This document shows, piece by piece, positions 63,615-64,000 of a stretch of DNA of 64,000 bases. The notes under the pieces were generated by a model. It saw only the letters and a program-made list of their open reading frames with translations. It was not told the DNA's origin and searched no databases. How positions within the stretch are numbered: position 1 is the first letter of the stretch; every line of letters starts with the position of its first letter. The position numbers and the translations under genes were made by a program. This DNA is from an uncultured Halanaerobiales bacterium (GTDB lineage Bacteria > Bacillota > Halanaerobiia > B1SED10-174), in assembly GCA_964568715.1 (NCBI GenBank), contig CAZMQU010000006.1, forward strand, positions 42,249 to 106,248, given 5' to 3'.

Positions 63615-64000
63615 TTGTTTACAAACGAATCTAAAGAAAAAGAATTAATTGAAAAAGTTGTAAATATTAACCGAGTTGCAAAAGTTGTAATGGGTGGGCG
63701 TCGTTTCAGTTTCAGTGCCCTGGTGGTTGTTGGTGACGGAGACGGAAGGGTTGGAGCAGGTCTTGGCAAGGCCAACGAAGTGCCCGATGCCATTAGAAAA
63801 GGTGTCGAAGAAGCAAAAAAGGCAATGGTGGAAATACCGCGTATTAAGACGACGATTCCCCACGAAATTATCGGAAGGTTTGGGGCCGGAAAAGTATTTA
63901 TCAAGCCCGCCTCGGAAGGAACAGGAGTTATAGCCGGTGGTCCCGTCAGGGCAGTCTTGGAGGCCGCGGGTATCAGCGATATTTTAACAAAATCATTGGG
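63615..64000 (+). CDS. rpsE: 30S ribosomal protein S5 (3' partial, runs off window)
   Basis: manual translation from TTG 63615: [53 protein letters not shown]...; not in ORF track because no stop within window. Confidence 0.85.
   Translation, partial: MFTNESKEKELIEKVVNINRVAKVVMGGRRFSFSALVVVGDGDGRVGAGLGKANEVPDAIRKGVEEAKKAMVEIPRIKTTIPHEIIGRFGAGKVFIKPASEGTGVIAGGPVRAVLEAAGISDILTKSL

Noticed and set aside
1-64000. CRISPR arrays, transposases/IS elements, prophage or defence-island genes
   Set aside because: No short direct-repeat arrays, no integrase/transposase-like ORFs and no abrupt compositional shifts were seen; the window is core housekeeping sequence.

Overview
This 64 kb window looks like a core chromosomal region of a low-to-moderate GC Firmicute (Clostridia-like gene order and RBS usage), with almost no intergenic slack. 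Left part (1-20.9 kb): fragments of a mannose-family PTS, a SorC-type regulator, a decayed oligopeptide ABC transporter locus (pseudogenes), feoA plus a two-piece feoB, a HIT hydrolase, a small redox cluster (hypothetical protein, ferredoxin-thioredoxin-reductase-like protein, Spx/ArsC-like protein), an amino-acid ABC transporter, rluA-family synthase, cysS, a 5x LysM secreted protein, and a putative (alpha/alpha)6 glycosidase-like protein followed by two tandem nitrilase-superfamily (CN hydrolase) genes. Middle (20.9-36.6 kb): ctsR-mcsA-mcsB-clpC-radA-disA, a MazG-like gene, carD-yacL-ispDF-gltX-thyX-rlmB, a repeat-containing membrane protein and sigH. Right (36.6-64 kb): tuf(copy 1)-rpmG-secE-nusG-rplK-rplA-rplJ-rplL, an inserted S9 peptidase, rpoB-rpoC, L7Ae-like-rpsL-rpsG-fusA-tuf(copy 2), then the S10 and spc ribosomal operons through partial rpsE. 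Notable points: two near-identical tuf copies; an extra small ORF between rpmC and rpsQ; split feoB; a catalytically dead/active CN-hydrolase pair; an FTR-like/Spx-like redox module; several clear sigma-A promoters, a CtsR operator, an rplJ leader attenuator and structured rpsL leader. No rRNA, tRNA, CRISPR array or transposase was recognised.
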